NCBI GenBank assembly: GCA_030594935.1
Contig: JAUVEE010000001.1
Location: 1 to 28,618, forward strand
DNA from: a bacterium
GTDB lineage: Bacteria; Patescibacteriota; Minisyncoccia; Minisyncoccales; JAGLPU01
DNA length: 28,618 nt
Direction of reading: 5' to 3'
The translations under genes and the position numbers were made by a program. Below the pieces are notes generated by a model. It was given only the letters and a program-made list of their open reading frames with translations, was not told the origin of the DNA and made no database searches. Shown in pieces: positions 1 to 9,032 of this stretch; the first letter of the stretch is position 1; each line of letters begins with the position of its first letter.

Positions 1-1216
1 ATTCTTTGAGCTTTTCCTTTAATTCTACCATTTTCAATTCTCTGCCCACTGTCAGCTTATACCATTTATTTAACTCCTTTATCCTTTCTTGAAGCTCTTT
101 GGTTTTTTCTTCCAATTGGGTTGTTTTGGCATTCAGCCTCCCTAGCATCTGATTAAAAGACATTGCCAACTTTTCTATCTCATCTCCGGTTTTAACGACA
201 ATTTTAGTATCCGCGCTTCTTTTGACTCCTATTTCCGACACCTTTTTAGTCAATCTCTTCAAGGGAGTGGTAATCTTTCTGGATAAAGAAAAAGCAACCA
301 GGCCGACAAAGATAATAATCAATAATAAAAGCAGCATGAATTGATTCCTAATGCTTAGGGGCTCCGCTAAAATTTCCGGAAGAGACTGATTAGACACCAC
401 TATCCAATCCACTGTGTTCAAACAAGAATAAACAATAATTCTGTTTGGATTTTCCGAGGGATGAAAAATAACTCCCTGGGAATGTTGCTGTTTCAAAAGC
501 TCGGCGGACATTTTTTGTTCAATGTTCTGAAATTGCAAAATCAGTTCCTTTTCCGGATGAGTAACAAGAACTCCTTTTCTGTTAATGGTAAAAAAACTGC
601 TTGTTCCTTCCGTTCTTATTTGGTTAGTCAATTGAAGAATTCCTTCTAATTTTATATCTGCTTTAACAATAAAAGAAATTTTTCCCTGTTCGTCAAATAC
701 AGGCACGGCGATTATGACTACGGGCTCCTTAGTAGATTCGGATACAAAAACATCCGAAGAAAAGAAAGTTTCTCTTTCCCGCATAACTTTTTGAAAAAAG
801 GCTTGTTCGGAATAATCACGGCCAAGCTCAGCTTCTGTCAGCGGATAAATTGTTTCAACTACTCCTTTATTGTCTAAAACAGTAAACGTTTCAAAAGGAC
901 TCGCTTCAAAAACAGTGTCCAACCCATCGTAATAGATGGTATAATTTGCATAATAAGAATCGAGCAGCAGGTCTATTTTCTCCTTGTCAAAATCAACCAT
1001 TTCCGGAAGCGATGATAGTGATTCCAATGATTTTAGAATAGTCTCAAAATAAGTATCCATTTGCCAGCCTATCTGCCTGGTTTCGGAAATACTTTCTTCT
1101 AAAGCCGCTTCTTTAACAATATCAAAAATTTTGTTTACTATAAAAACACCGAAAGCAGTTATCGGAATCACGCTGACTAATAAAAAGCTTCCTATGATTT
1201 TTTTAAATAAACTCAT
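1..1216 (-). CDS. Membrane sensor: TM - dCache-like extracytoplasmic domain - TM - HAMP - coiled coil (partial, runs off the window start; absent from the ORF track)
   Basis: Hand translation from the ATG at 1216 (ATGA overlap with the polX stop) gives MSLFKKIIGSFLLVSVIPITAFGVFIV..., a second TM (FMLLLLLIIIFVGLVAFSL), HAMP (SRKITTPLKRLTKRVSEIG...TGDEIEKLAMSFNQM), then ...ELNKWYKLTVGRELKMVELKEKLKE. I found no stop before position 1. Confidence 0.85.
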   Translation of the reverse strand, partial: MSLFKKIIGSFLLVSVIPITAFGVFIVNKIFDIVKEAALEESISETRQIGWQMDTYFETILKSLESLSSLPEMVDFDKEKIDLLLDSYYANYTIYYDGLDTVFEASPFETFTVLDNKGVVETIYPLTEAELGRDYSEQAFFQKVMRERETFFSSDVFVSESTKEPVVIIAVPVFDEQGKISFIVKADIKLEGILQLTNQIRTEGTSSFFTINRKGVLVTHPEKELILQFQNIEQKMSAELLKQQHSQGVIFHPSENPNRIIVYSCLNTVDWIVVSNQSLPEILAEPLSIRNQFMLLLLLIIIFVGLVAFSLSRKITTPLKRLTKKVSEIGVKRSADTKIVVKTGDEIEKLAMSFNQMLGRLNAKTTQLEEKTKELQERIKELNKWYKLTVGRELKMVELKEKLKE

Positions 1217-2940
1217 AGTTTAAGAATTTTCAATAACTTGTTCAAAGAATAGGTGTTAATTATATCTTTTTTCTCTACCCAGCCGCGCCGCGCCTGCATA
1301 ACGCCAAACTTCATAAATTGCAAATGGTCTATTTCGTGAGAATCAGTGTTAATCGCCATTTTAATCCCCGCTTCTTTGGTTTTTTTAACCATGATGTCGT
1401 TTAAATCCAATCTTCTCGGCTGGGCGTTGATTTCTAAAATAGTATTGGTTTCTCTGGCCACCCGCAAAATTTTATCAAAATCTATTTGATACCCCTCCCT
1501 CAACCTTAATATTCTTCCCGTGGGATGGACAATGATTTTCACCTGCGGATTTCTCATCGCCTTAATTATTCTCCGAGTCATTTCTTCTTTGGACATTCTA
1601 AAACTGGAGTGAACTCCGGCGGCCACGTAATCTAACTTTTTTAAAGCTTCATCCCTAATATCAATTGTTCCGTTTTTTAAAATATTTGTTTCCGCTCCCT
1701 GCAACAATCTGAATTTTAAGTTTCTCTTTTTAAACCTTGCGTTTAAACTGTTTATTTCCTTTCTCTGCTGAGCCAATTGGTTTTCGTCCAGCCCGTTTTC
1801 AATTTGTAAAAATTTTGTATGGTCTGTAATCCCTAAATAATCATACCCTTTCATTATCGCTACCGCCGCCATTTCTTTAATTGAATCTCTGCCTCCGTCC
1901 CAATCAGTATGACAATGCAAATCTCCTTTAATGTCTTTTAGCTCTACCAGCTTAGGCAAGCTTCCTTTGCAAGCGGCTTCAATTTCGCCTCGGTTTTCTC
2001 TTAGCTCGGCCGGAATATAGTCTAACCCCAGGCTTTGATAAACTTCTCTTTCTGTTTTTCCGGCGATCATTCTTCTGCCGGAAAAAACGCCATATTCATT
2101 AAGCTTTAGTTTTTTGCTCTGGGCAATTTTCCGAACAGCGATATTATGCTCTTTAGAACCGGTAAAATACTGCAAAGCAGAACCGTAGCTTTTTTCCGGA
2201 ACTACCCTTAAATCCACGTCAAAATCTTGTTCCAGTCTTATTGACGACTTGGTTTTTCCTTGGGCCCAAATTTTTGTTACTCCGGGAAGAGAAACAAAAA
2301 AATCCATTATTGCTTTTGGTTTTTTCGACACTACTAAAAAATCAACGTCTCCAATAGTATCTTTTTTTCTGCGGGCTGAACCGGCCAGAGAAACTTTTTC
2401 AGCCTCTGGCAATTCTTTTAGGCCGTTTTCAATCCTTATGATTGTTAACAGCGCATCCCCTAAAAGAAACCTGCCTTTGCTTTTCTCCAAGAAAGCAATT
2501 CCCGCTAAAATATTCTTGGCCGTTTTTTCGCCGAAACCGGGCAAAGAAGCGATTTTATGAGACTTGGCCGCGATAGTCAAATCTCTCAGATTTTTAACTC
2601 CCAATTTTTGGTATAAGACTTTAACCATTTTGGGTCCCAGTCCTTCCACCGCTGTTAGTTCCTCTATTTCAACCGGCACCTTCTTTCTTAACTTTTCATA
2701 ATATTTAATCTCTCCTTTATTAAGATATTCTTCTATTTTTTGAGCAATGCTTTTTCCTATGCCCGGCATTTTTTCCAAAGCAGCTGTTCCGCCTTCTTGA
2801 TAAATTTGAGCGATGTCTTCTTCTAAATTCTCTAAAACCAAACCTGCCTTTTTATAAGCCAAGGGCTTAAAAACCGCTTCTTCCATTTCTAGAAAACCGG
2901 CTATTTTATAAAAAATTTGGGCAAGCTCTTGGTTTTTCAT
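1213..2940 (-). CDS. polX: DNA polymerase X family with C-terminal PHP domain (PolX)
   Basis: HhH repeats (MPGIGKSIA, VEGLGPK, LPGFGEK), catalytic GDVDFLV and DVDLRVV, YFTGSKEHN; PHP motifs DLHCHT, ITDHT, GAE, GVHS, VHPTGR, EIN, NTDSH. Confidence 0.95.
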   Translation of the reverse strand: MKNQELAQIFYKIAGFLEMEEAVFKPLAYKKAGLVLENLEEDIAQIYQEGGTAALEKMPGIGKSIAQKIEEYLNKGEIKYYEKLRKKVPVEIEELTAVEGLGPKMVKVLYQKLGVKNLRDLTIAAKSHKIASLPGFGEKTAKNILAGIAFLEKSKGRFLLGDALLTIIRIENGLKELPEAEKVSLAGSARRKKDTIGDVDFLVVSKKPKAIMDFFVSLPGVTKIWAQGKTKSSIRLEQDFDVDLRVVPEKSYGSALQYFTGSKEHNIAVRKIAQSKKLKLNEYGVFSGRRMIAGKTEREVYQSLGLDYIPAELRENRGEIEAACKGSLPKLVELKDIKGDLHCHTDWDGGRDSIKEMAAVAIMKGYDYLGITDHTKFLQIENGLDENQLAQQRKEINSLNARFKKRNLKFRLLQGAETNILKNGTIDIRDEALKKLDYVAAGVHSSFRMSKEEMTRRIIKAMRNPQVKIIVHPTGRILRLREGYQIDFDKILRVARETNTILEINAQPRRLDLNDIMVKKTKEAGIKMAINTDSHEIDHLQFMKFGVMQARRGWVEKKDIINTYSLNKLLKILKL

Positions 2941-2946
2941 AATTGA

Positions 2947-3783
2947 TTATTTTAAAGCAATATCGTGCTTAGCTGCTCCTTGAACATAATGTTTTTGGAT
3001 TTCAGTTATGGTTAAAACATCATCGTAAATTTGAACATTGTCTATTACGCCCTCAAATCCTCCGCCGGTTTCTGTGTGGGGCATCGCAGATAAATAGAAC
3101 CTATTCCCCCAATTATTATGCGAGGCAACATTTTCATCAACTTTTTTTTCTCCGTTAATCCATACTTCAAATTTTCCATCATGCCACTGCCAAACAACAA
3201 AATACCATTGATCCTCTTTGTAGTCGGAAGATGAAAGCACTGTATAAATATGACAAGCGCAGTCTGATTCTCTTAGTTCGGCTACTAATCTTCCATCCCC
3301 CCATTCTAACAATCCGCTGTTGCAGCCAGGAAGTCCGAAAATATATCTCCAATCCTGAAATTTCTTGGTTGTTGTTTTGAACCAGCCAGTAAAACAAACA
3401 TTCCCATCTGTTCCAAAATCCAGAAGATTTGACGATCCTGAAACAGGTATTCTGACATAATTATTAATTCCGTCAAAAGCCAAAGCCTTGCCAAACATTC
3501 CTTCGTCTGTCCAGCCGGAAACAGCAAAATCAACTAAATTTCCGTGATTATCATTGCCCGAACTATCTCTAGTAGGGTCAGCTTCATCATCAAGTCTCCA
3601 CTCGCCCACTAAACTAAGCCCCAAGCTTGATCTCACTTGTTGCGAAAAATGTTGAGCCCTGGCAATATCAGCCTGGTCTTTGGCTCCTTCGAGACTAACC
3701 AAAACAATACTGCTTAATAGCCCGATAATAGCTATTACCACTAAAAGTTCTATCAGGGTAAATGCATTTTTAGACATAATCAT
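2947..3783 (-). CDS. Type IV pilin-like N-terminus (class III signal) fused to a LamG/concanavalin A-like domain (paralogue A)
   Basis: KNA|FTLIELLVVIAIIGLLSSIV with Glu at +5; LamG signatures VGEWRLDD, ALAFDG, WYFVV, G.IDNVQIYD. The start may be the second ATG at 3777. Confidence 0.9.
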   Translation of the reverse strand: MIMSKNAFTLIELLVVIAIIGLLSSIVLVSLEGAKDQADIARAQHFSQQVRSSLGLSLVGEWRLDDEADPTRDSSGNDNHGNLVDFAVSGWTDEGMFGKALAFDGINNYVRIPVSGSSNLLDFGTDGNVCFTGWFKTTTKKFQDWRYIFGLPGCNSGLLEWGDGRLVAELRESDCACHIYTVLSSSDYKEDQWYFVVWQWHDGKFEVWINGEKKVDENVASHNNWGNRFYLSAMPHTETGGGFEGVIDNVQIYDDVLTITEIQKHYVQGAAKHDIALK

Positions 3784-4421
3784 TCTTCTTTTTCTTCTTC
3801 AAAAATTTCTTCAAAGTCCATGTTAAGGCCATTGTCAAAAACTCCTTTGATGTCGTCTTTCAAGCACAAAAGCAAGAAAACGCTCGTCATGCCCAATAAA
3901 GACACTGCCACGAAAACAGCCTGAAAGCCAAACTGAGTAACCGCCCAGCCGCCTAATGCTCCGGAGACTCCCATGCCAATGCCGACTGAAGTGGCATCAA
4001 GCCCCCATTCTGTCGATTCCCTGCCTTTGTCTATATGACGGGTAAAAATAGCTGACCAGCCAGCCAAAGATATCGCCATTGCCAAAGCATGGATCGCTTG
4101 AATAAGATAGATGTGCCAAGGAACTTGAGCAAAAATAAAGCCAAGAGGAGTAAGGGCGGCGAGAAAAAGGCCGGTAGTCAAAAATAAATAGTCGTCTTTT
4201 TCCGTGGGATGGCGGTCCAGAAATATTCCAATGGGAATTCTGAAAACAGATCTTAAAATCCAGTAAACAGCGGCGGCCATTCCGGCCACGAAAACTGTTC
4301 CGCCGTCAATTTTTTGAATAATAAAAATTGAGAAAATAGGCATGATTAATCCCCAGCCGGCCCAAAAGGTCAAATCGCTTAAAACTAAATATTTAACAAT
4401 GCGGTTAGGTTGAAATCCCAT
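3780..4421 (-). CDS. MFS-like membrane protein, half length (about 6 TM, 213 aa)
   Basis: About six hydrophobic helices and an MFS motif-A-like GIFLDR after TM2; the protein is about half the normal MFS length. Confidence 0.75.
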   Translation of the reverse strand: MGFQPNRIVKYLVLSDLTFWAGWGLIMPIFSIFIIQKIDGGTVFVAGMAAAVYWILRSVFRIPIGIFLDRHPTEKDDYLFLTTGLFLAALTPLGFIFAQVPWHIYLIQAIHALAMAISLAGWSAIFTRHIDKGRESTEWGLDATSVGIGMGVSGALGGWAVTQFGFQAVFVAVSLLGMTSVFLLLCLKDDIKGVFDNGLNMDFEEIFEEEKEE

Positions 4422-4426
4422 AAAAA

Positions 4427-5404
4427 TTATCTGCGATTATTTTTAAATAAAGTATTTTTTAATAATTCCAAGCCGGCATGGAACAAAACTATTATACCGG
4501 TCAAAGCAATGATCAACTCCGCTCCTCTGATAGTCATAGTAAAAGCGGCGGCCACTCCTGTTTTTAAGCCAAAACTGTTAAAAGCAAAGATTTGAATTAA
4601 TTCATGGCTTCCTAAAGAAGCGGGAATAGGAATCATCACCGCTAAATAAGAAAAGCCTAGAAGAGATAAAGCCGGCAAAAAACTGAGGCCTTTGACTAAA
4701 AATAATACCAAAAGCCAAGTTCGCAAAAGCATAACCCCTCCCCTCAAAAAAGAAAACATCAACCCTTTCCAGACAGGAAGCTTGTTGAGTTTGAAGTAAT
4801 CAAAAATCTCTTTTTCCATTTCCACAGCCTGGCCGTTATTTACTTTCAAAAGGTTTTTGACCACACTTTGTTTTTTAAAAGTCTTAAAATAGAAAAAAGA
4901 TATCGCTATGATAAAAAACAAGAATGTTACTCCTAAGATTACAGCCAAGTTTCTCGGAGGAGAGCCTATTTTAAAAAGAAAAAAACCGAGGCCGAAAAAG
5001 ATAACCACCAGATTAACCGTCCATTCTAAAATTCTGTCTATAACCACTGAAGCCATTCCCTTAGACCAAGGAACATCGTTTTTTCTTTTTAAAAAATAAC
5101 TGCGAAAAACCTCGCCGCCGAAAACTATCATCGGGAAAAGATACATCATGGAAAAACCAAGCAGATAGGGTTTAAAAAGCCCTCTAAAGGGTATCTCTAT
5201 TCCTCTGCTTTTTAAAATGTCTTTCCATTTCCAAGTCCCTATTACGGCCATTAAAAGCGTCAACCCTAAGATCACCACTGCTTGCCAGCCAGTGAAGTCT
5301 AGGAAACCCTCTTTAATTTCTTCCCAACCGATAACCTTGGCAATTTCGATAAAAAGCCCGACACCAGCCAAAAGCAAAATTAGGAAAAGAATAATTTTCT
5401 TCAT
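4427..5404 (-). CDS. Lysylphosphatidylglycerol synthase TM-region / flippase-like (UPF0104) membrane protein
   Basis: Family pattern: KWKDIL, P-x-x-x-FGGEVFRSYFL, SVVIDRILE, IPIPASLGSHE, R-GAELI; about 8 TM segments. Confidence 0.85.
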   Translation of the reverse strand: MKKIILFLILLLAGVGLFIEIAKVIGWEEIKEGFLDFTGWQAVVILGLTLLMAVIGTWKWKDILKSRGIEIPFRGLFKPYLLGFSMMYLFPMIVFGGEVFRSYFLKRKNDVPWSKGMASVVIDRILEWTVNLVVIFFGLGFFLFKIGSPPRNLAVILGVTFLFFIIAISFFYFKTFKKQSVVKNLLKVNNGQAVEMEKEIFDYFKLNKLPVWKGLMFSFLRGGVMLLRTWLLVLFLVKGLSFLPALSLLGFSYLAVMIPIPASLGSHELIQIFAFNSFGLKTGVAAAFTMTIRGAELIIALTGIIVLFHAGLELLKNTLFKNNRR

Positions 5405-5412
5405 TGTCTTAA

Positions 5413-5418
5413 ATTATA
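5413..5418 (-). promoter_or_regulatory. Putative -10 element (TATAAT) 8 nt upstream of the 5404 ATG
   Basis: The minus strand reads GAG-TATAAT-TTAAGACA-ATG; no SD sequence. Confidence 0.5.
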
Positions 5419-5441
5419 CTCTATTTTGCTGAATTTTAAAA

Positions 5442-6158
5442 TTATTGTTCACAAAATCTAATTAATTCTTGGGCATTAACAATAGCGTAGCCTTGAGCAT
5501 CGTTATTAAAATAAACATAAACGTCTTTGCCTGTTGCCTGCCATTTCCTTATCTTGCCGGCTAATTTGCTTAATTCCTCTGTTGAATATTTTGAAGCAAA
5601 TAAAACTTGGGAGCCATGTTCTCTCAGATAAACAAAGTCAGATGTAATTGCTTCTACCTTGGGATAGGAGGGAGAATCGGCAATAACCCAGGCAGAATTA
5701 TGCTTCTCCAGCAAGCGATAAATCTCTTTGTTTGCCCATGATTCGTGCCGAAATTCAAAAGCTCCCCGGGCAAACCGCAGAAACTCCTCTAGCCTTTCTT
5801 TATTCTCCGCTGTCGCCCGGAAAGACGCTGGAAATTGAAACAAAACCGGGCCTAGTTTTTCTTTAAGATTTGAAGCATTATTAGTAAATTGCTGCCAAGC
5901 GCTTTCCACTTCTTTGAGTCTTTTAACGTGGGTAATGAAGCGGGAAGCTTTGAGAGAAAACAAAAACCCCTTCGGGGTCTGTTGATACCAATTATTATAA
6001 GTCGCTGGTGAAGGCAGATGATAAAAAGAATAATTTACTTCTGTTGTTTTGAATTGTCGGGAATAATATTTCAGCTTGTCTTTGTCCGGTAAACCAGCCG
6101 GATAAAAAACATCATTCCAGTGTTGATAAGCCCAGCCTGATGTTCCGATATAGAGCAT
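5442..6158 (-). CDS. DUF72 family TIM-barrel protein
   Basis: IGTSGWAY, TTEVNYSFY, FSLKASRFITH, LFQFP, AFEFRHESW, YLREHG, VYVYFNND. The start was moved from 6248 to the ATG at 6158 (TAATG overlap with the tyrS stop), because the longer ORF overlaps tyrS. Confidence 0.9.
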   Translation of the reverse strand: MLYIGTSGWAYQHWNDVFYPAGLPDKDKLKYYSRQFKTTEVNYSFYHLPSPATYNNWYQQTPKGFLFSLKASRFITHVKRLKEVESAWQQFTNNASNLKEKLGPVLFQFPASFRATAENKERLEEFLRFARGAFEFRHESWANKEIYRLLEKHNSAWVIADSPSYPKVEAITSDFVYLREHGSQVLFASKYSTEELSKLAGKIRKWQATGKDVYVYFNNDAQGYAIVNAQELIRFCEQ

Positions 6159-7333
6159 TAAACTCTTTCTATTTTTACAAATCTTCTTTTGCCCACCTGG
6201 ATAATCGTTTCCGGCTTTAAAGCGATATCCTGCTTCCAGTCTTCGCAAATCTTGTCGTTGATCCTTACTCCTTTTTGCGCAACCAATCTTTTTCCCTCTG
6301 ATTTTGAAGAAGCCAGCCCGGCAGCTTTTAATAAATCAAGAATATTGAGCTTGGACTGAGAAGTTTTAAAAACCGGCATTTGTTCAGGAATCTTTTTTTC
6401 TTGAAAAACTCTGGCAAATGCCTGAGCCGCTTTTTCAGCCGCGCGCTCTCCATGGTATAAGCTGACGATCTTTTTAGCTAATCTGGCTTTAGTGTCTCTG
6501 GGATTTCCTGCTCCTGTTTCTTCTAAGGGCAGGAAGCCGGCCATTTCAAAATATTGCGGCATTTGTTCGTCCTTCATTGACATTACTTTTCCGTACATGT
6601 CTTCCGGCTTATCAATAATATTAATAACATTGCCCCAGCTGGTTGACATCTTCCGGCCATCCAGCCCGTCAAGCATTTTTAAGGTTATGATATCTTGAGT
6701 CTTTTGCTTATATATTTTTTGTATCTCCCGGCCAACTTCCAAGTTAAACAACTGATCAGAACCTCCCAGTTCAACATCCGCTTTTACAGCCACTGAATCA
6801 TATCCTTGGAACAAAGGATAAAATAATTCATGAAGGCCAATAGGCTTGTTTTGCTCCCAGCGCTCTTTAAAATTTCTCCGTTGAATCATCTGTTGAGCGG
6901 TAAAATTCATTGACAGTTTTATTAGATCTTTAACGCTTAATTTAGCCAGCCATTCACTGTTATAATGCAGCTCTACTTTATCCATATCCAGAATCTTGCC
7001 GATTTGCTTAACATAGTCTTTCATATTCTTTTTAATCTCCTGGCCGGTTAAGACCGGGCGCAAAGACTGTTTGTCGGAAGCATCTCCAATGCGAGCAGTG
7101 AAGTCTCCGATAAGCAAAACAATCTGGTGCCCCATCTCTTGGAACGCCCTTAGCTTCCAAAGCGGCAAAGCCCGGCCGATATGAATTTTAGGTCCGGTAG
7201 GATCAATCCCGTGCTTAATCCTTAGTTTCTTGCCTGACTTTAATTTCTTTATCAGGCTATCTTTGAGCGAAATTTCTTCCACTCCCCTTGTCAACAGCTC
7301 TTCTATTTTTTTTGGGTCAGTATTTATTTTCAT
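6158..7333 (-). CDS. tyrS: Tyrosine--tRNA ligase
   Basis: GIDPTG..IHIGR (HIGH motif), FYPLFQGYD, GGSDQLFN, KMSTS (KMSKS motif), C-terminal S4-like domain. Confidence 0.97.
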   Translation of the reverse strand: MKINTDPKKIEELLTRGVEEISLKDSLIKKLKSGKKLRIKHGIDPTGPKIHIGRALPLWKLRAFQEMGHQIVLLIGDFTARIGDASDKQSLRPVLTGQEIKKNMKDYVKQIGKILDMDKVELHYNSEWLAKLSVKDLIKLSMNFTAQQMIQRRNFKERWEQNKPIGLHELFYPLFQGYDSVAVKADVELGGSDQLFNLEVGREIQKIYKQKTQDIITLKMLDGLDGRKMSTSWGNVINIIDKPEDMYGKVMSMKDEQMPQYFEMAGFLPLEETGAGNPRDTKARLAKKIVSLYHGERAAEKAAQAFARVFQEKKIPEQMPVFKTSQSKLNILDLLKAAGLASSKSEGKRLVAQKGVRINDKICEDWKQDIALKPETIIQVGKRRFVKIERV

Positions 7334-7345
7334 ATTAATTTTATC

Positions 7346-8197
7346 CTAATACTTTATAGGAAAAAAGACAATTCCATGTTCATCTGCTCCTTGAGAATAT
7401 CGCTGCTGGATTTCAGCCGAGGATAAGGACTGATTAAAAATTTGAAGTTCATCGATTATGCCGTTAAAATATGCTCCACTTCCTAAATTTGTGCTATCAA
7501 CGGATCCAAACGCATAGTATAAACCATACCCAGCCTCCCAAGGAGCAGCCCTATCACCATTTACATCGCCAGAAGACTCAACTCCATTTAAAAAACCATC
7601 AAAATTTTGCGTTTTTTTATCATATCTCAAAACAGCATAATTCCAAATCTCAAAATCCACGATTCCCAGAGACACTGAACTCAAACCCCACACCCTTACT
7701 CTTACTTCTCCCGTGCTTAATATCTCTATTTGACTATCGTGCCATCCTGAATTAATTGAAGCCTGACCTAACTCACTTACGATAACTCCTGCTCCGCTTG
7801 CTTTAAACCATACCCCAATTGTAACTGTTTCGTCAGAAAACCGACTCACCATATTAGGGGTGATAACATAGTCATCTGTCCCATTGAATAAACCAGCGCC
7901 GTCATACATTCCATCTGTTGTCCAGTGAGTCCCGCCAACCCCTGTTCCGCTCCAATCGCCATCATTTCCATAACCGGAACTGTCAACAGCTGAATTACCG
8001 GCGCCGTCATTAAGCCTCCATTCCCCTATTAAATCAGCTCCCAAACTTACTCTGACTGCATGGGAAAATTCTATTGCTTTCTTCTGTTCCGCTTGTTCTT
8101 TGGCTCCCTCCATGCCGGCCAAAACAATACTGGATAATAGTCCAATAACAGATATTACTACTAATAATTCAATTAAAGTAAAGGCTTTAGAATTCAT
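7346..8197 (-). CDS. Type IV pilin-like N-terminus fused to LamG domain (paralogue B)
   Basis: SKA|FTLIELLVVISVIGLL; IGEWRLND, AGLFNGTDDY, WNYAV, FNGIIDELQIF. Confidence 0.9.
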   Translation of the reverse strand: MNSKAFTLIELLVVISVIGLLSSIVLAGMEGAKEQAEQKKAIEFSHAVRVSLGADLIGEWRLNDGAGNSAVDSSGYGNDGDWSGTGVGGTHWTTDGMYDGAGLFNGTDDYVITPNMVSRFSDETVTIGVWFKASGAGVIVSELGQASINSGWHDSQIEILSTGEVRVRVWGLSSVSLGIVDFEIWNYAVLRYDKKTQNFDGFLNGVESSGDVNGDRAAPWEAGYGLYYAFGSVDSTNLGSGAYFNGIIDELQIFNQSLSSAEIQQRYSQGADEHGIVFFPIKY

Positions 8198-8893
8198 TTT
8201 AAAACAATGCCGTGTTTAGCCGCCCCCTGAATATAATGCTGCTGGATTTCAGCAGAAGGCAAAGCTCTATCATAGATGCGGACTTCGTCAATTATGCCGT
8301 TCCAGCGATTATCAGCCCGGCCGATCCATAAAGGATAGTTGTTATCTGCAATTGCCGCTGCTTCTTGAGACTGATTATAAAGAACGCCGTCGGAGTAATA
8401 TTTTTCCAGTCCGGTAGAATCAACACTAATAGCTGTATGGTGCCACGTTCCAGGTTCATAAGGAGCAATAAGGGGAAATAACGAACTCCCCCATCTAGCA
8501 GAGCTAAAATGCAAATCCGTAACTCTTATTCCATCTGTAGAGCGAGTATACCAATTATAATCTCTGTCCAATCCTTGTTTACTAACCAAAGCGCGATAGC
8601 CAGCTCCGCCAAAACTAGCCGGAGTTTTAATCCATAATTCTATAGTTAGCTGACTAACATCAAACACTGATGAATGCGCCACTTCTATGTAATCATCTGT
8701 CCCATTAAATAAACCAGCTCCGTCATACATTCCGTCTGTTGTCCAATGAGTTTCGCCAACCCCGGTTCCGCTCCAATCACCATTATTTCCATAGCCGGAG
8801 CTATCAACGGCTGAATTGCCAGTACCATCATTAAGCCTCCATTCGCCTATTAAATCAGCTCCCAAACTTACTCTGATAGTATGGGAAAATTCT
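7872..8893. repeat. Direct repeat pair 7872-8072 / 8693-8893 shared by pilin-LamG paralogues B and C
   Basis: Colinear 201-nt segments without indels; 22 mismatches by hand count (about 89% identity), mostly synonymous. Confidence 0.9.
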
Positions 8894-9027
8894 TGAGCTT
8901 TGCCAATATCAGCCTGGTCTTTGGCTCCTTGCAAACCGATTAAAACAAGGCTGGATAATAAGCCCAGGATAGAGATAACCACTAATAACTCAATTAAGGT
9001 AAATGCCTTTTGAAAACTTGTTCTCAT
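8194..9027 (-). CDS. Type IV pilin-like N-terminus fused to LamG domain (paralogue C)
   Basis: QKA|FTLIELLVVISILGLL; IGEWRLND, LTIELWIK, WHHTA, WNGIIDEVRIYD. Confidence 0.9.
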   Translation of the reverse strand: MRTSFQKAFTLIELLVVISILGLLSSLVLIGLQGAKDQADIGKAQEFSHTIRVSLGADLIGEWRLNDGTGNSAVDSSGYGNNGDWSGTGVGETHWTTDGMYDGAGLFNGTDDYIEVAHSSVFDVSQLTIELWIKTPASFGGAGYRALVSKQGLDRDYNWYTRSTDGIRVTDLHFSSARWGSSLFPLIAPYEPGTWHHTAISVDSTGLEKYYSDGVLYNQSQEAAAIADNNYPLWIGRADNRWNGIIDEVRIYDRALPSAEIQQHYIQGAAKHGIVLK

Positions 9028-9032
9028 GCGTT

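Noticed and set aside
7346-9027. Diversity-generating retroelement template/variable repeat explanation for the pilin repeat
   Set aside because: The mismatches are mostly synonymous transitions rather than adenine-specific changes, both copies are coding, and there is no reverse transcriptase in the window.
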